Shown: positions 9,556-18,626 of the stretch, in pieces
Layout: every line of letters starts with the position of its first letter
How positions within the stretch are numbered: position 1 is the stretch's first letter
Assembly (NCBI GenBank): GCA_965370685.1
Contig: CBDUVN010000001.1
Span: 1,763 to 65,762 of the forward strand
Source of the DNA: an uncultured bacterium
GTDB lineage: Bacteria; Gemmatimonadota; Gemmatimonadetes; Palauibacterales; Palauibacteraceae
Direction of reading: 5' to 3'
Length of the DNA: 64,000 nucleotides
Program-made: the position numbers and the translations under genes
The notes under the pieces: model-generated
Seen by the model: the letters and a program-made list of their open reading frames with translations, nothing else
The model's database searches: none
Told to the model about the DNA's origin: nothing

Positions 9556-10874
9556 GATTCTTCGCCCGGAAACACGACGACCTTGTTCGTCCCCGTGCGG
9601 CCGAGCATGTCCCCGTCCGTGCGAGCCGGCCGCTCGACGAGGACTTCGGTGATCCCTTCGAGCTCCTGGTCGTGAATCTCCCGCCGGATCTCACGGTGCA
9701 GCGCGATGAGCTCGGACAGACGACGACCGGACGTCTCCTGATCTACGAAATCGGCCGCAGGCAGACGGGTGGCCGGCGTACCCTCCCGCGGAGAGTACCG
9801 GTAGAGAAAAGCGTCGTCGAACCGGACGCGGCGCAGCAACTCGGCGGTGTGCTCGAAGTCCTGCTCCGTCTCGCCGGGGAACCCGACGATCACATCCGTG
9901 CTCAGCGCGATCCCCGGGACCCGGTCCCGGACCCGGTCCACGATGTCGAGAAATTCCTCCCGCGAATAGCGCCGGACCATGCGCTTCAGCATGCGATTCG
10001 ACCCGGACTGGACAGGCAGGTGGAGCTGTGGGCAGACAGCGGGCTCCGTGGCCATCGTGTCGAGCAGCTGATCGGTGACATCGTTTGGATGGGGTGACGT
10101 AAACCGGACCCTCCGAACTCCGTCCACCCGGGCGACGTCGCAGAGCAGTTGCGCGAAGTCCGTCGTACCGTGGCGATAGGAGTTCACGGTCTGACCGAGG
10201 AGCGTCACCTCTGGAAACCCGGATTCGACCGCGTTCCGAACCTCGGAAAGAATCGTCGCCGGACTTCGGTTCTTCTCCGGACCGCGAACGTACGGAACGA
10301 TGCAGAACGTGCACCGATGATCGCAGCCTCGCTGGACCGTGATCCATGCGCTCACACCCGCCCGGCGAATCGAGGATACCCCGTCGTAATTCTCCTCCTC
10401 GTCCAGTTCGAGCAGCAGTTGACCCCTCGCGAGCGCTCCGCCTCGGATTCCGTCGACGACATCGCCCAGTCGCCGATAGGAATCCGGACCGGCCACCAGG
10501 TCCACGCCGGCCGAGCGTTCCAAGAGATCGGGACCGAGCCGCTGTGCCATGCAGCCGGTGACGGCCAGCACGACATCCGGCCGGTCGCGCCTCACCTGCT
10601 GCAGCTGGCCGATCCGACCGAGAACCCGCTGCTCTGCATGTTCGCGGATCGCACAGGTGTTGATGACGATCACGTCCGCCTGTGCCGGGTCGTCCACCGT
10701 TACGTAGCCGCGGTCCGCCAGCGCTCCGGCCATGATCTCGGAGTCGCCGATGTTCATCTGACACCCGTAGGTCTCGATATACGCGCGGCGGGATATCGGA
10801 ACCGGAGGACCGGAGTTCGGCCCGGACCGCATCCGCGCCGTACGCCGACGCAGCGGAACCAGGGGCTCGCTCAT
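9480..10874 (-). CDS. miaB: tRNA-2-methylthio-N6-dimethylallyladenosine synthase (radical SAM methylthiotransferase)
   Basis: Contains the MTTase N-terminal domain YIETYGCQMN, the radical-SAM motif CDHRCTFCIVP and a C-terminal TRAM domain. Confidence 0.9.
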   Translation of the reverse strand: MSEPLVPLRRRTARMRSGPNSGPPVPISRRAYIETYGCQMNIGDSEIMAGALADRGYVTVDDPAQADVIVINTCAIREHAEQRVLGRIGQLQQVRRDRPDVVLAVTGCMAQRLGPDLLERSAGVDLVAGPDSYRRLGDVVDGIRGGALARGQLLLELDEEENYDGVSSIRRAGVSAWITVQRGCDHRCTFCIVPYVRGPEKNRSPATILSEVRNAVESGFPEVTLLGQTVNSYRHGTTDFAQLLCDVARVDGVRRVRFTSPHPNDVTDQLLDTMATEPAVCPQLHLPVQSGSNRMLKRMVRRYSREEFLDIVDRVRDRVPGIALSTDVIVGFPGETEQDFEHTAELLRRVRFDDAFLYRYSPREGTPATRLPAADFVDQETSGRRLSELIALHREIRREIHDQELEGITEVLVERPARTDGDMLGRTGTNKVVVFPGEESWVGSFRQVRLVSTTGATFIGEVVR

Positions 10875-11046
10875 ACGCTTCCGTGTGTCATGATTCGTGT
10901 CTGCTCCTCAACGCAATCGCAACGATCGGGGCCGGAAACTACGAGCCGACAGCGCCCGCGGTCCACAATCTCCCCACCGGGCACTGCATATGGGCGTATC
11001 CGGCCGGGCTTTGCCGATTCTGTCAGGTCATCATAGCATTCCCGGC

Positions 11047-11817
11047 ATGGTGACGGTCGAGCAAGTCCCGTTTGACGGAATGCAAGTACCGGTCGAAGTT
11101 TACGCTGGTCCCGACCGGCCTCTGCTGTTCCTCCCCGGGTTCGGCGTGCATCCGCTGAACTACCGGGAGGGTGTCGAGAGGCTTGCGCGTCATTTCACGG
11201 TGTTCATGCCGGACCTCTCCTTCCGGACCCACGCTGAGCTCCCACTCCAGGTCGCCCGGTACAAGGCTTTCGTCGAGTTGCTGGCCGATCGATATGCACC
11301 GGAAGCACCGCGGACCGGCCACTCGTTCGGCGGTCTGCTGGCGCTCCTCGGAACTCGCGAGGCCGTGGCCCTCGCGCCGATGATCCCGATTGCCGTCGGC
11401 TGGCCCACCAAGGTCCGGAGAGCAATTCTCCTCGAGTTGCGCGAACTCGTCGGGCTCGAGGGTCGGAGAGGAGTCCGATGGGCGTTCCACATCTCCGGAG
11501 AATACATTCGGACCGCGGCACGCAGGCCGCACTGCCTGTTCCCCTCCGTGTCCGAGACACTCGGACGGATCCACGAGGAGTTCCTCCCGACAGCGCCGAA
11601 CTCGACGCTGGTTCTCGCCAGGCGTGATCGATTGTATCTGCAATCAGAGTACGACGCGTACCTGGCCCTGTCCGACACGACGCGAATCGAGACGCGGTAC
11701 GTGTCGCGGGGGCACGATTGGCCGGTGACCCACCCGGGGCTGGTGGAACGGGAGGTGCTGGAGGCCCTGCGCATCGAGCGCCCTGCGGATATCGCGCGAA
11801 CCGACATTCCGGCCTGA
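11047..11817 (+). CDS. alpha/beta-fold hydrolase
   Basis: GHSFGG nucleophile elbow (GxSxG) and an LFLPGFG N-terminal motif. I chose the ATG at 11047 (MVTVEQ...) rather than the upstream table start. It is divergent from miaB. Confidence 0.7.
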   Translation: MVTVEQVPFDGMQVPVEVYAGPDRPLLFLPGFGVHPLNYREGVERLARHFTVFMPDLSFRTHAELPLQVARYKAFVELLADRYAPEAPRTGHSFGGLLALLGTREAVALAPMIPIAVGWPTKVRRAILLELRELVGLEGRRGVRWAFHISGEYIRTAARRPHCLFPSVSETLGRIHEEFLPTAPNSTLVLARRDRLYLQSEYDAYLALSDTTRIETRYVSRGHDWPVTHPGLVEREVLEALRIERPADIARTDIPA

Positions 11818-11843
11818 AAACACCGACGGGCCGAAAAGACGTC

Positions 11844-13061
11844 TCAGAGCTGGAACAGGGACATGGAGATGGACAGCCGCCGAAAGCTCTCCTGGACAAA
11901 GCTGGTCTCGAGGTCTCCGCGCGTGCCTAATTCGACGGCCAGGTCGAAGGCCGCCAGCCCTCCGGATACCTCGAGCCCGACACCGAACGTGACCGCGGTC
12001 TCCACAAGTTGCTCGGTTCCGACCAGGAAGAACGGCAGGTCCGTGCGGCGCACGCCTGCACGCAGGGGAAGGCCGGCACCGAACACCGAGAAGCCGACAT
12101 ACTCCAGGCCCACGCCGAACCAGAATACATCGGCCGCAGAGGCACTGTTGAGGTCCTCGCTGGTCGTAGACCATCCCGAGTAGCCGAGTGCTGCGGTAGC
12201 GAGCAGACTGGAAGTAATCTGGCCGCTTCCGCCAATCGCCCACTCTAGCGGCATCGAGAAGTCGAACCTGTCGGCACCCTGGTCCACGGAATCTCGCTTG
12301 GCCTTGAAATCGGTAGTCAGGCCGATCACCCCGGAAAGTCGGATCCGGGAGCCCAGTTGTGTCGCCGCTCCCCCGCGAATGCGGAACCCCGAAAAGCTGA
12401 ACTGGGCGTCACCGCCGGCGATTCCGATGTTGACGGTAGGATCCTCGAGAGATGGCTCGAAGGTCCGGAAGAACGATTGCCGCAGACTGCCCGTGAGGAT
12501 CGAGCCATCGATTCCGACGCTGAATCTGCCGACGTCCCGCGCAGCGGTCAGCGTTACCGAACTCAAGCCGCCGTCGTGCTCACGACGCTCGTCATACGGG
12601 AAGGTGCCGAACGATGATCTCAGCGTGTCCTGGAGGTTGACGCCCCAGTCCATGTCGAGTTCCGCCGTGAAGCCGAGACCAAAGGTCCAGGATCGGATCG
12701 GAACGGCGGCCTGGACGATCGCGACACGGCTGCGCCCCGTCGTCTGAGAGCCCCCGGGCGAATCCACGGTTATTGCCTCAGGAGCGTACGTCAACCCCAG
12801 CGTCGGTCGGCGGAATCCCCGCAGATCGGCAGGATTCCGGCTGGACAGACTCCCACCGAGAAGTCCCATGCCCGTTCCGCCCAGGGCCGCGGCTCGTGCA
12901 TCGATCGCCGGGACCGGGTACCCGAGACCGAGCCCCGTGACCGGCATCTGAGCCATCATCGAAGGGGCGAGCATCAATAAAAGCAATCCCGCCAGACCGG
13001 GAACCCGGACGATTGATGATCGAATAGAGCCAGTACGATTCGAAGTCACCGGCCGCCTCAT
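11844..13061 (-). CDS. outer-membrane beta-barrel protein, FadL/OmpP1/PorV-like
   Basis: Has a signal peptide (GLAGLLLLMLAPSMMAQ). The N-terminal Gly-rich hatch segment IDARAAALGGTGMGLLGGSLSSRNPADL, with its NPA motif, resembles the FadL family plug. The amphipathic beta-strand pattern runs to the C-terminus. Confidence 0.6.
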   Translation of the reverse strand: MRRPVTSNRTGSIRSSIVRVPGLAGLLLLMLAPSMMAQMPVTGLGLGYPVPAIDARAAALGGTGMGLLGGSLSSRNPADLRGFRRPTLGLTYAPEAITVDSPGGSQTTGRSRVAIVQAAVPIRSWTFGLGFTAELDMDWGVNLQDTLRSSFGTFPYDERREHDGGLSSVTLTAARDVGRFSVGIDGSILTGSLRQSFFRTFEPSLEDPTVNIGIAGGDAQFSFSGFRIRGGAATQLGSRIRLSGVIGLTTDFKAKRDSVDQGADRFDFSMPLEWAIGGSGQITSSLLATAALGYSGWSTTSEDLNSASAADVFWFGVGLEYVGFSVFGAGLPLRAGVRRTDLPFFLVGTEQLVETAVTFGVGLEVSGGLAAFDLAVELGTRGDLETSFVQESFRRLSISMSLFQL

Positions 13062-14323
13062 GGGGCCGTGAACGGGACGCGAGGTGTCACCAGCAGTCGC
13101 ACGCTGGGCCGGAGCTCCGGTGCGTCCTCCGCCGAGCCAAATCGCCAGAATCCGGGATCACGTCCCTCCGGCAGCGCCCTCAGGCCGACCCTCAGCACGG
13201 TGATCGAATCGGCCGAGGCGAGCGACCACGCGAGCACGAGCCCCGTGATACTCAGCACCAGCTCCGCGCCGTCCTCCGTGATCGTGTCGGGATCCAGCAA
13301 CACGTTAGGCCCGAGGGTGGCTCCGATCGGAGTCTTCGGCCCGACCACGAACGGGTCCGCGAGAAGCAGGAAAGACGTGACCTCCAGCGGGAACTCGAGC
13401 AGAAACGGAATCGGCGCCGGCGGGCCGGGCCTGAAAACGAGCGACGCGGCGTTGATCGTCGACCCCTTCAACTGCAGACCCTGCCAGGTATCCGGCAACT
13501 CGAAGTCGAGATAAATCCTCGACGATGGCAGTCCCGCCAGGCGTGACGTCTGACCCGGGTCCGGGGTTTCGGGAGCGAAGATCACGGTGGTGCCTGCCGG
13601 CGAGCGCGCCGCCGCGATGAGAGTGTCCTGAGTCTCCGGCTTCGCGTCGAATACCAGTGCGATCGACGAGACCTGGACAAACGCGGTCGATCCCGAAGCA
13701 CCGATCGCAAATCCGGGCTCTCCACCGGTGGCCCGCCAGGCGGACAGGACGCTGTCGGTGCTCACCACGAACGGCACGAAGACCGTGTCAGAGACCGTCG
13801 AATCGAATGGCGCGTCGATCCTCAACGTGGCGATCCGCTCCCCCAGGTCCCCACCGGGAGTCGACCACGGAACGTCGGTATCCGCGAGCGTCCACGTCGC
13901 CTGCTGCTGTGCGTACCTGCGCGTCAGTGTGTAAACCTCCAGATCCATCCCGAGGGGCGGCACGTGGCTGAACGCCGTGTCGATGATCAGTCGAAACCGG
14001 CCGTTGGCAAACCCCTCGATCGCTTCCCGCCCGGTGGGAGTGTCGATCGAGTCGGGAAGCGTTTCGATGCGCCCGAGCAGACGGGCCTGCTGGTCCACCG
14101 AGTCGACGACGACCCTGTAGTTGGAGGACGCCGGAAGCACGTAACCCGAATACGTGGTGTCCCGCCAGGACAGCAATCCCTCGACAGGAATCTCAATTTC
14201 TTCCGTCGGAGTCTTCTGCCCGGGGGACGTTTGAGAGTCGACTTCGAGCAGCGCGCGTTCCGTGCAGCCGGCCGTGACGAGCGCGACAGCTGCAAGCACG
14301 ATCGCGGCCGGAAGCCGCCTCAT
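13058..14323 (-). CDS. hypothetical lipoprotein (no recognisable domain)
   Basis: Signal peptide plus lipobox MRRLPAAIVLAAVALVTAGC. It overlaps the downstream OMP start by 4 nt and the upstream cdd stop by 4 nt. Confidence 0.65.
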   Translation of the reverse strand: MRRLPAAIVLAAVALVTAGCTERALLEVDSQTSPGQKTPTEEIEIPVEGLLSWRDTTYSGYVLPASSNYRVVVDSVDQQARLLGRIETLPDSIDTPTGREAIEGFANGRFRLIIDTAFSHVPPLGMDLEVYTLTRRYAQQQATWTLADTDVPWSTPGGDLGERIATLRIDAPFDSTVSDTVFVPFVVSTDSVLSAWRATGGEPGFAIGASGSTAFVQVSSIALVFDAKPETQDTLIAAARSPAGTTVIFAPETPDPGQTSRLAGLPSSRIYLDFELPDTWQGLQLKGSTINAASLVFRPGPPAPIPFLLEFPLEVTSFLLLADPFVVGPKTPIGATLGPNVLLDPDTITEDGAELVLSITGLVLAWSLASADSITVLRVGLRALPEGRDPGFWRFGSAEDAPELRPSVRLLVTPRVPFTAP

Positions 14324-14754
14324 CGTGAGTCCCCCGGCCCGGGCCCAGGCACGGATCGCAGAGCGAAGCGCTCGGGCAACAGACCACTCAGGGCCCAGCT
14401 CGCACGGTCACCACTCCCGCTCTCGCTCTCGACTTCCAGCTCCGGGGCGAACTCCGCCAGCGCCTGCCTGCACATCCCGCAGGGCGCGACCGGCACATCC
14501 GCGTCGGTGCACAGAAAAATCCGTCGGAACTGACGGGCGCCAGCCGCGACAGCGGCTCCCAGGGCCACTCTCTCGGCACACATCGTCACTGCATAAGAGG
14601 CATTCTCTACGTTGCAGCCCACAAAGCACCTGCCGTCGGCGGCCTCGAGACATGCCCCCACCCTGAAGTCGGAATACGGGGCGTAGGCTGCGTCACGAGC
14701 CCCCAGGGCAAGCGACCGCAGACTGTCGGCTTCCGTTGTTCCGTCCTCACGCAT
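14320..14754 (-). CDS. cdd: cytidine deaminase
   Basis: Zinc-binding motifs CAERVALGAA and PCGMCRQ, and AAYAPYSDFRVGA near the N-terminus. I chose the internal ATG (MREDG...) at 14754, which clears the alr stop; the table start is 14802. Confidence 0.82.
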   Translation of the reverse strand: MREDGTTEADSLRSLALGARDAAYAPYSDFRVGACLEAADGRCFVGCNVENASYAVTMCAERVALGAAVAAGARQFRRIFLCTDADVPVAPCGMCRQALAEFAPELEVESESGSGDRASWALSGLLPERFALRSVPGPGPGDSR

Positions 14755-14782
14755 TCCGTTCTCCGTGTGCCGGCACGGGGCG

Positions 14783-15925
14783 TCAGCGCCCGGACCGTTC
14801 ATGCATCTCTATCCTGGGCAGCCGGCGGCTCCAGCCCGTGAGGATCTCGTAGTCAATCGTACCGCACAGCTCAGCGATTTCATCCAGCCCGATCTCCGTG
14901 CCCCCGTCCGGGCCGAGAACAGTCGCCACGTCGCCCGGGCGAACATCATCGCGATCACCGATCTCGACTACCGTCGAGTCCATGCACACGACACCCCGAA
15001 TCGGAGCCGAACGTCCGTGAATCAACACCCGTCCACGGTTCGACAGTTCGCGGCGCAGACCGTCTCCGTACCCGATTCCGATCGTTGCCAGCCGCCCGGG
15101 GCCCGGGGAGCTCCACGTCGCCCCATAACTCACCGTGGCACCGGCCTCGACCTCCCGGACATCGAGGATCCGGGATCGAACCGCCACGACCGGACGACCC
15201 CGCGGCTCCCAATTCCCGCCGCCGTACAGCCGGATCCCCGGCCGTACCAGGTCCGCGGAGAATTCCTCATACCGGAGAATCGCCGCACTGTTCGCTGCGT
15301 GCACGACCCCGGTATCGACACCGGCTACCCGCAGCGCCTCCAGGGCACCGACGAACCGGGTCCACTGAACCAGCGTCTGCTCAGGGCTCGTGTCAGCGGA
15401 GTGAAAATGCGTCAGCGTTCCCCGCAGACGCAGCCCTCCGAGCGACAGCAACTCCGCCACCTCACCAGCCCGACGATCCGCATCGCGCCAGCCAAGACCG
15501 AAGCGGCCCATTCCGGTGTCGATCTCGAGATGGAATGGCAGTGAACCTCCTGCCTTCCGAGCGGCGAGACCGCAAGCCGCAAGCATATCACAGCCCGAAA
15601 CCGCGGGCTCGAGCCGTCGTTCCAACAACTCCCGTGTGTCCGACGGAAGCGTCGGGGAGAATACGATGATCGGACCCGCCCAGCCGAGCGAGCGCACCGC
15701 GGTCCCCTCGTCCGTCGTGGCCACGCCGAATCCCCACGGACCGAGGGACATGAGCGTACGCACCGCTCGGCCCAGCCCGATTCCATAGGCGTCGGCCTTC
15801 ACCATGGGGAGAATGCCGCAACCCGGTGACAGGCGTTCAGCGAAGGAGCCGAAGTTCGACCGGAGCGCATCCAGATCCACTTCGACCCAGGCGCGGCGCT
15901 TGGGCTCGATTGACACGTTTTTCAA
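14783..15925 (-). CDS. alr: alanine racemase
   Basis: PLP-lysine motif ILPMVKADAYGIGL and a C-terminal beta-domain. TTG start. Confidence 0.88.
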   Translation of the reverse strand: MKNVSIEPKRRAWVEVDLDALRSNFGSFAERLSPGCGILPMVKADAYGIGLGRAVRTLMSLGPWGFGVATTDEGTAVRSLGWAGPIIVFSPTLPSDTRELLERRLEPAVSGCDMLAACGLAARKAGGSLPFHLEIDTGMGRFGLGWRDADRRAGEVAELLSLGGLRLRGTLTHFHSADTSPEQTLVQWTRFVGALEALRVAGVDTGVVHAANSAAILRYEEFSADLVRPGIRLYGGGNWEPRGRPVVAVRSRILDVREVEAGATVSYGATWSSPGPGRLATIGIGYGDGLRRELSNRGRVLIHGRSAPIRGVVCMDSTVVEIGDRDDVRPGDVATVLGPDGGTEIGLDEIAELCGTIDYEILTGWSRRLPRIEMHERSGR

Positions 15926-15948
15926 GACCGGGATAGTATACCTGCCAT

Positions 15949-16815
15949 ATGTCTGACGAGCAACAGATTTTCAGCGATTCCGGAGAGCGTTCGGAGCACC
16001 TGGCGCAGACCCGAGATGCCGACTCAGCTCTGGGTCGTAGTCTGGCGCTCGTCCGCTTCCTCCGGGCGGGCTGTCCCTGGGATGCGAAGCAGACGCCGTC
16101 CACTTTGCGCCCCTATCTGCTCGAGGAAGCGCACGAGGTGGCCGAGGCGATCCGGAGCGGGGACGAAGAGGAGCTGTCGTCGGAGCTCGGAGACCTGCTG
16201 CTGAACGTCGCGTTTCAGGTCGTGCTGGCTGAGGAGCGAGGTTCCTTCGGCCCGGAGGAAGTCGTCGCCGGCCTCGAGAAGAAAATGCGTGACCGGCATC
16301 CGCAGCTGTACGGCGAGGCCGACGAGGCTCCCGACTGGGAGGAGCTGAAGGCGAGGCTGAAAGCCGAGTCGGCAGCTGACTCCGGGCGATCAACGGATCC
16401 GTTCGACGGAGTCCCGACGGGTCTCGAGCCGCTCAGCAGGTCCCTGCGCCTGCAGGACAGGGCCGCCGCGCGAAACTTCGACTGGCCGGACGTGACTGGA
16501 GCGCTGGAGAAGCTGCACGAGGAGTTGGGCGAACTCGAGCAGGAACTGGCCCGGTCGGACGTGGATCCGGCGGACGAGGATCTACGTGACCGGATCGAAG
16601 ACGAAGTCGGAGATCTCCTGTTCGCGGCGGTCAATGTGGCACGGCTTGCAGGGATTCACCCGTCAACTGCCCTCGAGCGGGCCGCCGGCAAGTTCGCCGC
16701 GCGGTTCAGGGCTCTGCTCGATCTCGCCGCTGACCGGGACATCGACCCCGACGACTCTGACCTGGAGACTCTGGATCGGCTGTGGGAGGAAGTGAAGAAA
16801 GGGCCGCGGTCCTGA
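15949..16815 (+). CDS. mazG: nucleoside triphosphate pyrophosphohydrolase MazG
   Basis: Tandem MazG domains with GCPWD, EEAHEV and GDLLLNV / EEVGDLLFAAVNVAR motifs. Confidence 0.88.
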   Translation: MSDEQQIFSDSGERSEHLAQTRDADSALGRSLALVRFLRAGCPWDAKQTPSTLRPYLLEEAHEVAEAIRSGDEEELSSELGDLLLNVAFQVVLAEERGSFGPEEVVAGLEKKMRDRHPQLYGEADEAPDWEELKARLKAESAADSGRSTDPFDGVPTGLEPLSRSLRLQDRAAARNFDWPDVTGALEKLHEELGELEQELARSDVDPADEDLRDRIEDEVGDLLFAAVNVARLAGIHPSTALERAAGKFAARFRALLDLAADRDIDPDDSDLETLDRLWEEVKKGPRS

Positions 16816-16879
16816 CGTGGGGGGCGGGCCCGACGCCGAAGCCACGGCCCTTCGATATTCACAGCCCGCTCGACCGCGC

Positions 16880-17188
16880 TCAGCCCCCGCTGAGGAGCTT
16901 CACCTGTTTCTGGCCGCTGCGTACACCTGCACCGACCGTGATTCCAAACGCCAGCGCCGTGAGACCACCCACGACTGGCAGGACCGCCACCACCGGTGCC
17001 GCCAACAGCGTGGCACCTGCACCTGCGGCCCAGGGTGCCGCATTCTTTTGCGCGGCCTCGACGAACCGCAGCTTCTCGCGCACGAAGCTCCGGGTTTTCA
17101 CGTATGTCACGTAAAGGCCCGCTCCGGTACCCCCGAGTACGAGCATTCCGATCAGGGTCTCGATCATGGTTTTCCTCCTCTCGCCCAT
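16880..17188 (-). CDS. small Gly/Ala-rich membrane protein, hypothetical
   Basis: 102 aa with two hydrophobic segments (LIGMLVLGGTGAGL and LLAAPVVAVLPVVGGLTALAFGI). Its codon usage is consistent with the neighbours. It lies between mazG and asnS. Confidence 0.4.
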   Translation of the reverse strand: MGERRKTMIETLIGMLVLGGTGAGLYVTYVKTRSFVREKLRFVEAAQKNAAPWAAGAGATLLAAPVVAVLPVVGGLTALAFGITVGAGVRSGQKQVKLLSGG

Positions 17189-17239
17189 CTTGTACGACGA
17201 AGCACCCTCACGGGTTTCACCTTCCCCCCCACGATCGAT

Positions 17240-18544
17240 TCACGGATCGAGGCGGGTCATCGTCCGCGGGAACGCGATCGCCTCGCGAACGTGGGGAAGA
17301 CCGCAGATCCAGCTTACCGTCCGCTCGAGCCCGAGGCCGAACCCCGAGTGGACGAATGTCCCGTAGCGCCGCAGGTCCAGGTACCAGGAATACGTCTCCT
17401 CGGGCAGTCCTTCTTCCCGGATCCGGGCGGTCAGCAGATCGAGATCATCCTCCCGCTGGCTTCCACCGATGATCTCTCCGTATCCCTCCGGAGCGAGCAG
17501 GTCGTTGCACTTGACCGTGCGTGGATCGTCCGGGTTCTCCTTCATGTAGAACGCCTTCGCCGTCTTCGGATAATCGAACACGAACAGCGGCTTCGCTCTG
17601 CCGTCCATCAGGATCGCCTCGTCCTCCACCCCGAGGTCTGCACCCCATTCGATCTCGCTTCCTCGCGCGTTCAGGACTTCCACCGCTTCGGTGTAGCTCA
17701 TGCGATCGAACGGAGAGACGGCGGCCTGGAGAGGTCCGATGTCCCTCTCCAGCACGGACAGCTCGTCCATCCGGTGATCGAGGACACGCCGCACGATCGC
17801 CGAGACGAATTCCTCCTGCAGCTCCATGTTTCCGTCAGAATCCAACCACGCCACCTCCGGCTCAACCATCCAGAACTCCGTCAGATGTCTGCGGGTCTTG
17901 GACTTCTCCGCTCTGAACGTGGGTCCGAAGCAGTACACCTTGCCGAGCGCAGCCGCCGCGGCCTCCACGTACAACTGGCCCGTCTGGGCCAGATACGCCT
18001 TGCCGAGATCGAAGTATTCCGTCTCGAACAGCGTCCCCGCCGACTCACCGATGGAACCGGTCAGAATCGGCGTGTCCACCAGCACGAAGTCTCGCTCATA
18101 CATGAAGTCGCGGATCGCCTTCACCACCTCGTCCCGCACCCGCATGATCGCCGTCTGCCGGGGTGTGCGGAGCCACAGGTGGCGCTGGCCGAAGAGAAAA
18201 TCGACGCCCGCCTCCTTGAGCTGGATCGGGTAGTCGTTGGACGAGTCGCCCAGGACCTCGATCCGCGTTGCCGTGATCTCGACTCCACCGGGTGACCGCG
18301 CATCGGACTGCACCGTCCCTTCGACCAGGACGCTCGTTTCGTAGGCGATCCGACCGGTGACCGTCTCCCAGGTCTCGTCATCCACATCGTGCCGGGCCGC
18401 GACGACCTGGGTGTCGCCCGATCCGTCCCGGACGATGAGAAACGCGATCTTCCCGCTCGAACGGTGATTCCGTACCCATCCGAGGATCTGCACGGTCTTG
18501 CCGATGTGATCTTTGAGCGAACGGATCGTGGTCGTGTCGGGCAT
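17240..18544 (-). CDS. asnS: asparagine--tRNA ligase (class IIb; an archaeal-type AspRS cannot be fully excluded)
   Basis: About 434 aa from the internal Met (MPDTTTIRSLKDHIGK). The OB-fold N-terminus, the class II motifs, and GGSQRED and HSGFGLGLERTV (AsnRS-type signature) are present. The upstream 76 codons of the table ORF are probably read-through. Confidence 0.78.
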   Translation of the reverse strand: MPDTTTIRSLKDHIGKTVQILGWVRNHRSSGKIAFLIVRDGSGDTQVVAARHDVDDETWETVTGRIAYETSVLVEGTVQSDARSPGGVEITATRIEVLGDSSNDYPIQLKEAGVDFLFGQRHLWLRTPRQTAIMRVRDEVVKAIRDFMYERDFVLVDTPILTGSIGESAGTLFETEYFDLGKAYLAQTGQLYVEAAAAALGKVYCFGPTFRAEKSKTRRHLTEFWMVEPEVAWLDSDGNMELQEEFVSAIVRRVLDHRMDELSVLERDIGPLQAAVSPFDRMSYTEAVEVLNARGSEIEWGADLGVEDEAILMDGRAKPLFVFDYPKTAKAFYMKENPDDPRTVKCNDLLAPEGYGEIIGGSQREDDLDLLTARIREEGLPEETYSWYLDLRRYGTFVHSGFGLGLERTVSWICGLPHVREAIAFPRTMTRLDP

Positions 18545-18626
18545 CGGTTCCTCGCCTCGCGAGAGGCCGTTGAAGATGGATGAGGCGACCGGACGCCGCG
18601 AAGCTAGGCGAACAGCCGCCGGATCG

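Noticed and set aside
17240-18544. Possibility that the class IIb synthetase is a non-discriminating AspRS rather than AsnRS
   Set aside because: Not excluded. However, the GGSQRE and HSGFGLGLERTV signatures match AsnRS better than the AspRS GGGSIRIH-type signature. A gatCAB search in the full genome would settle it.
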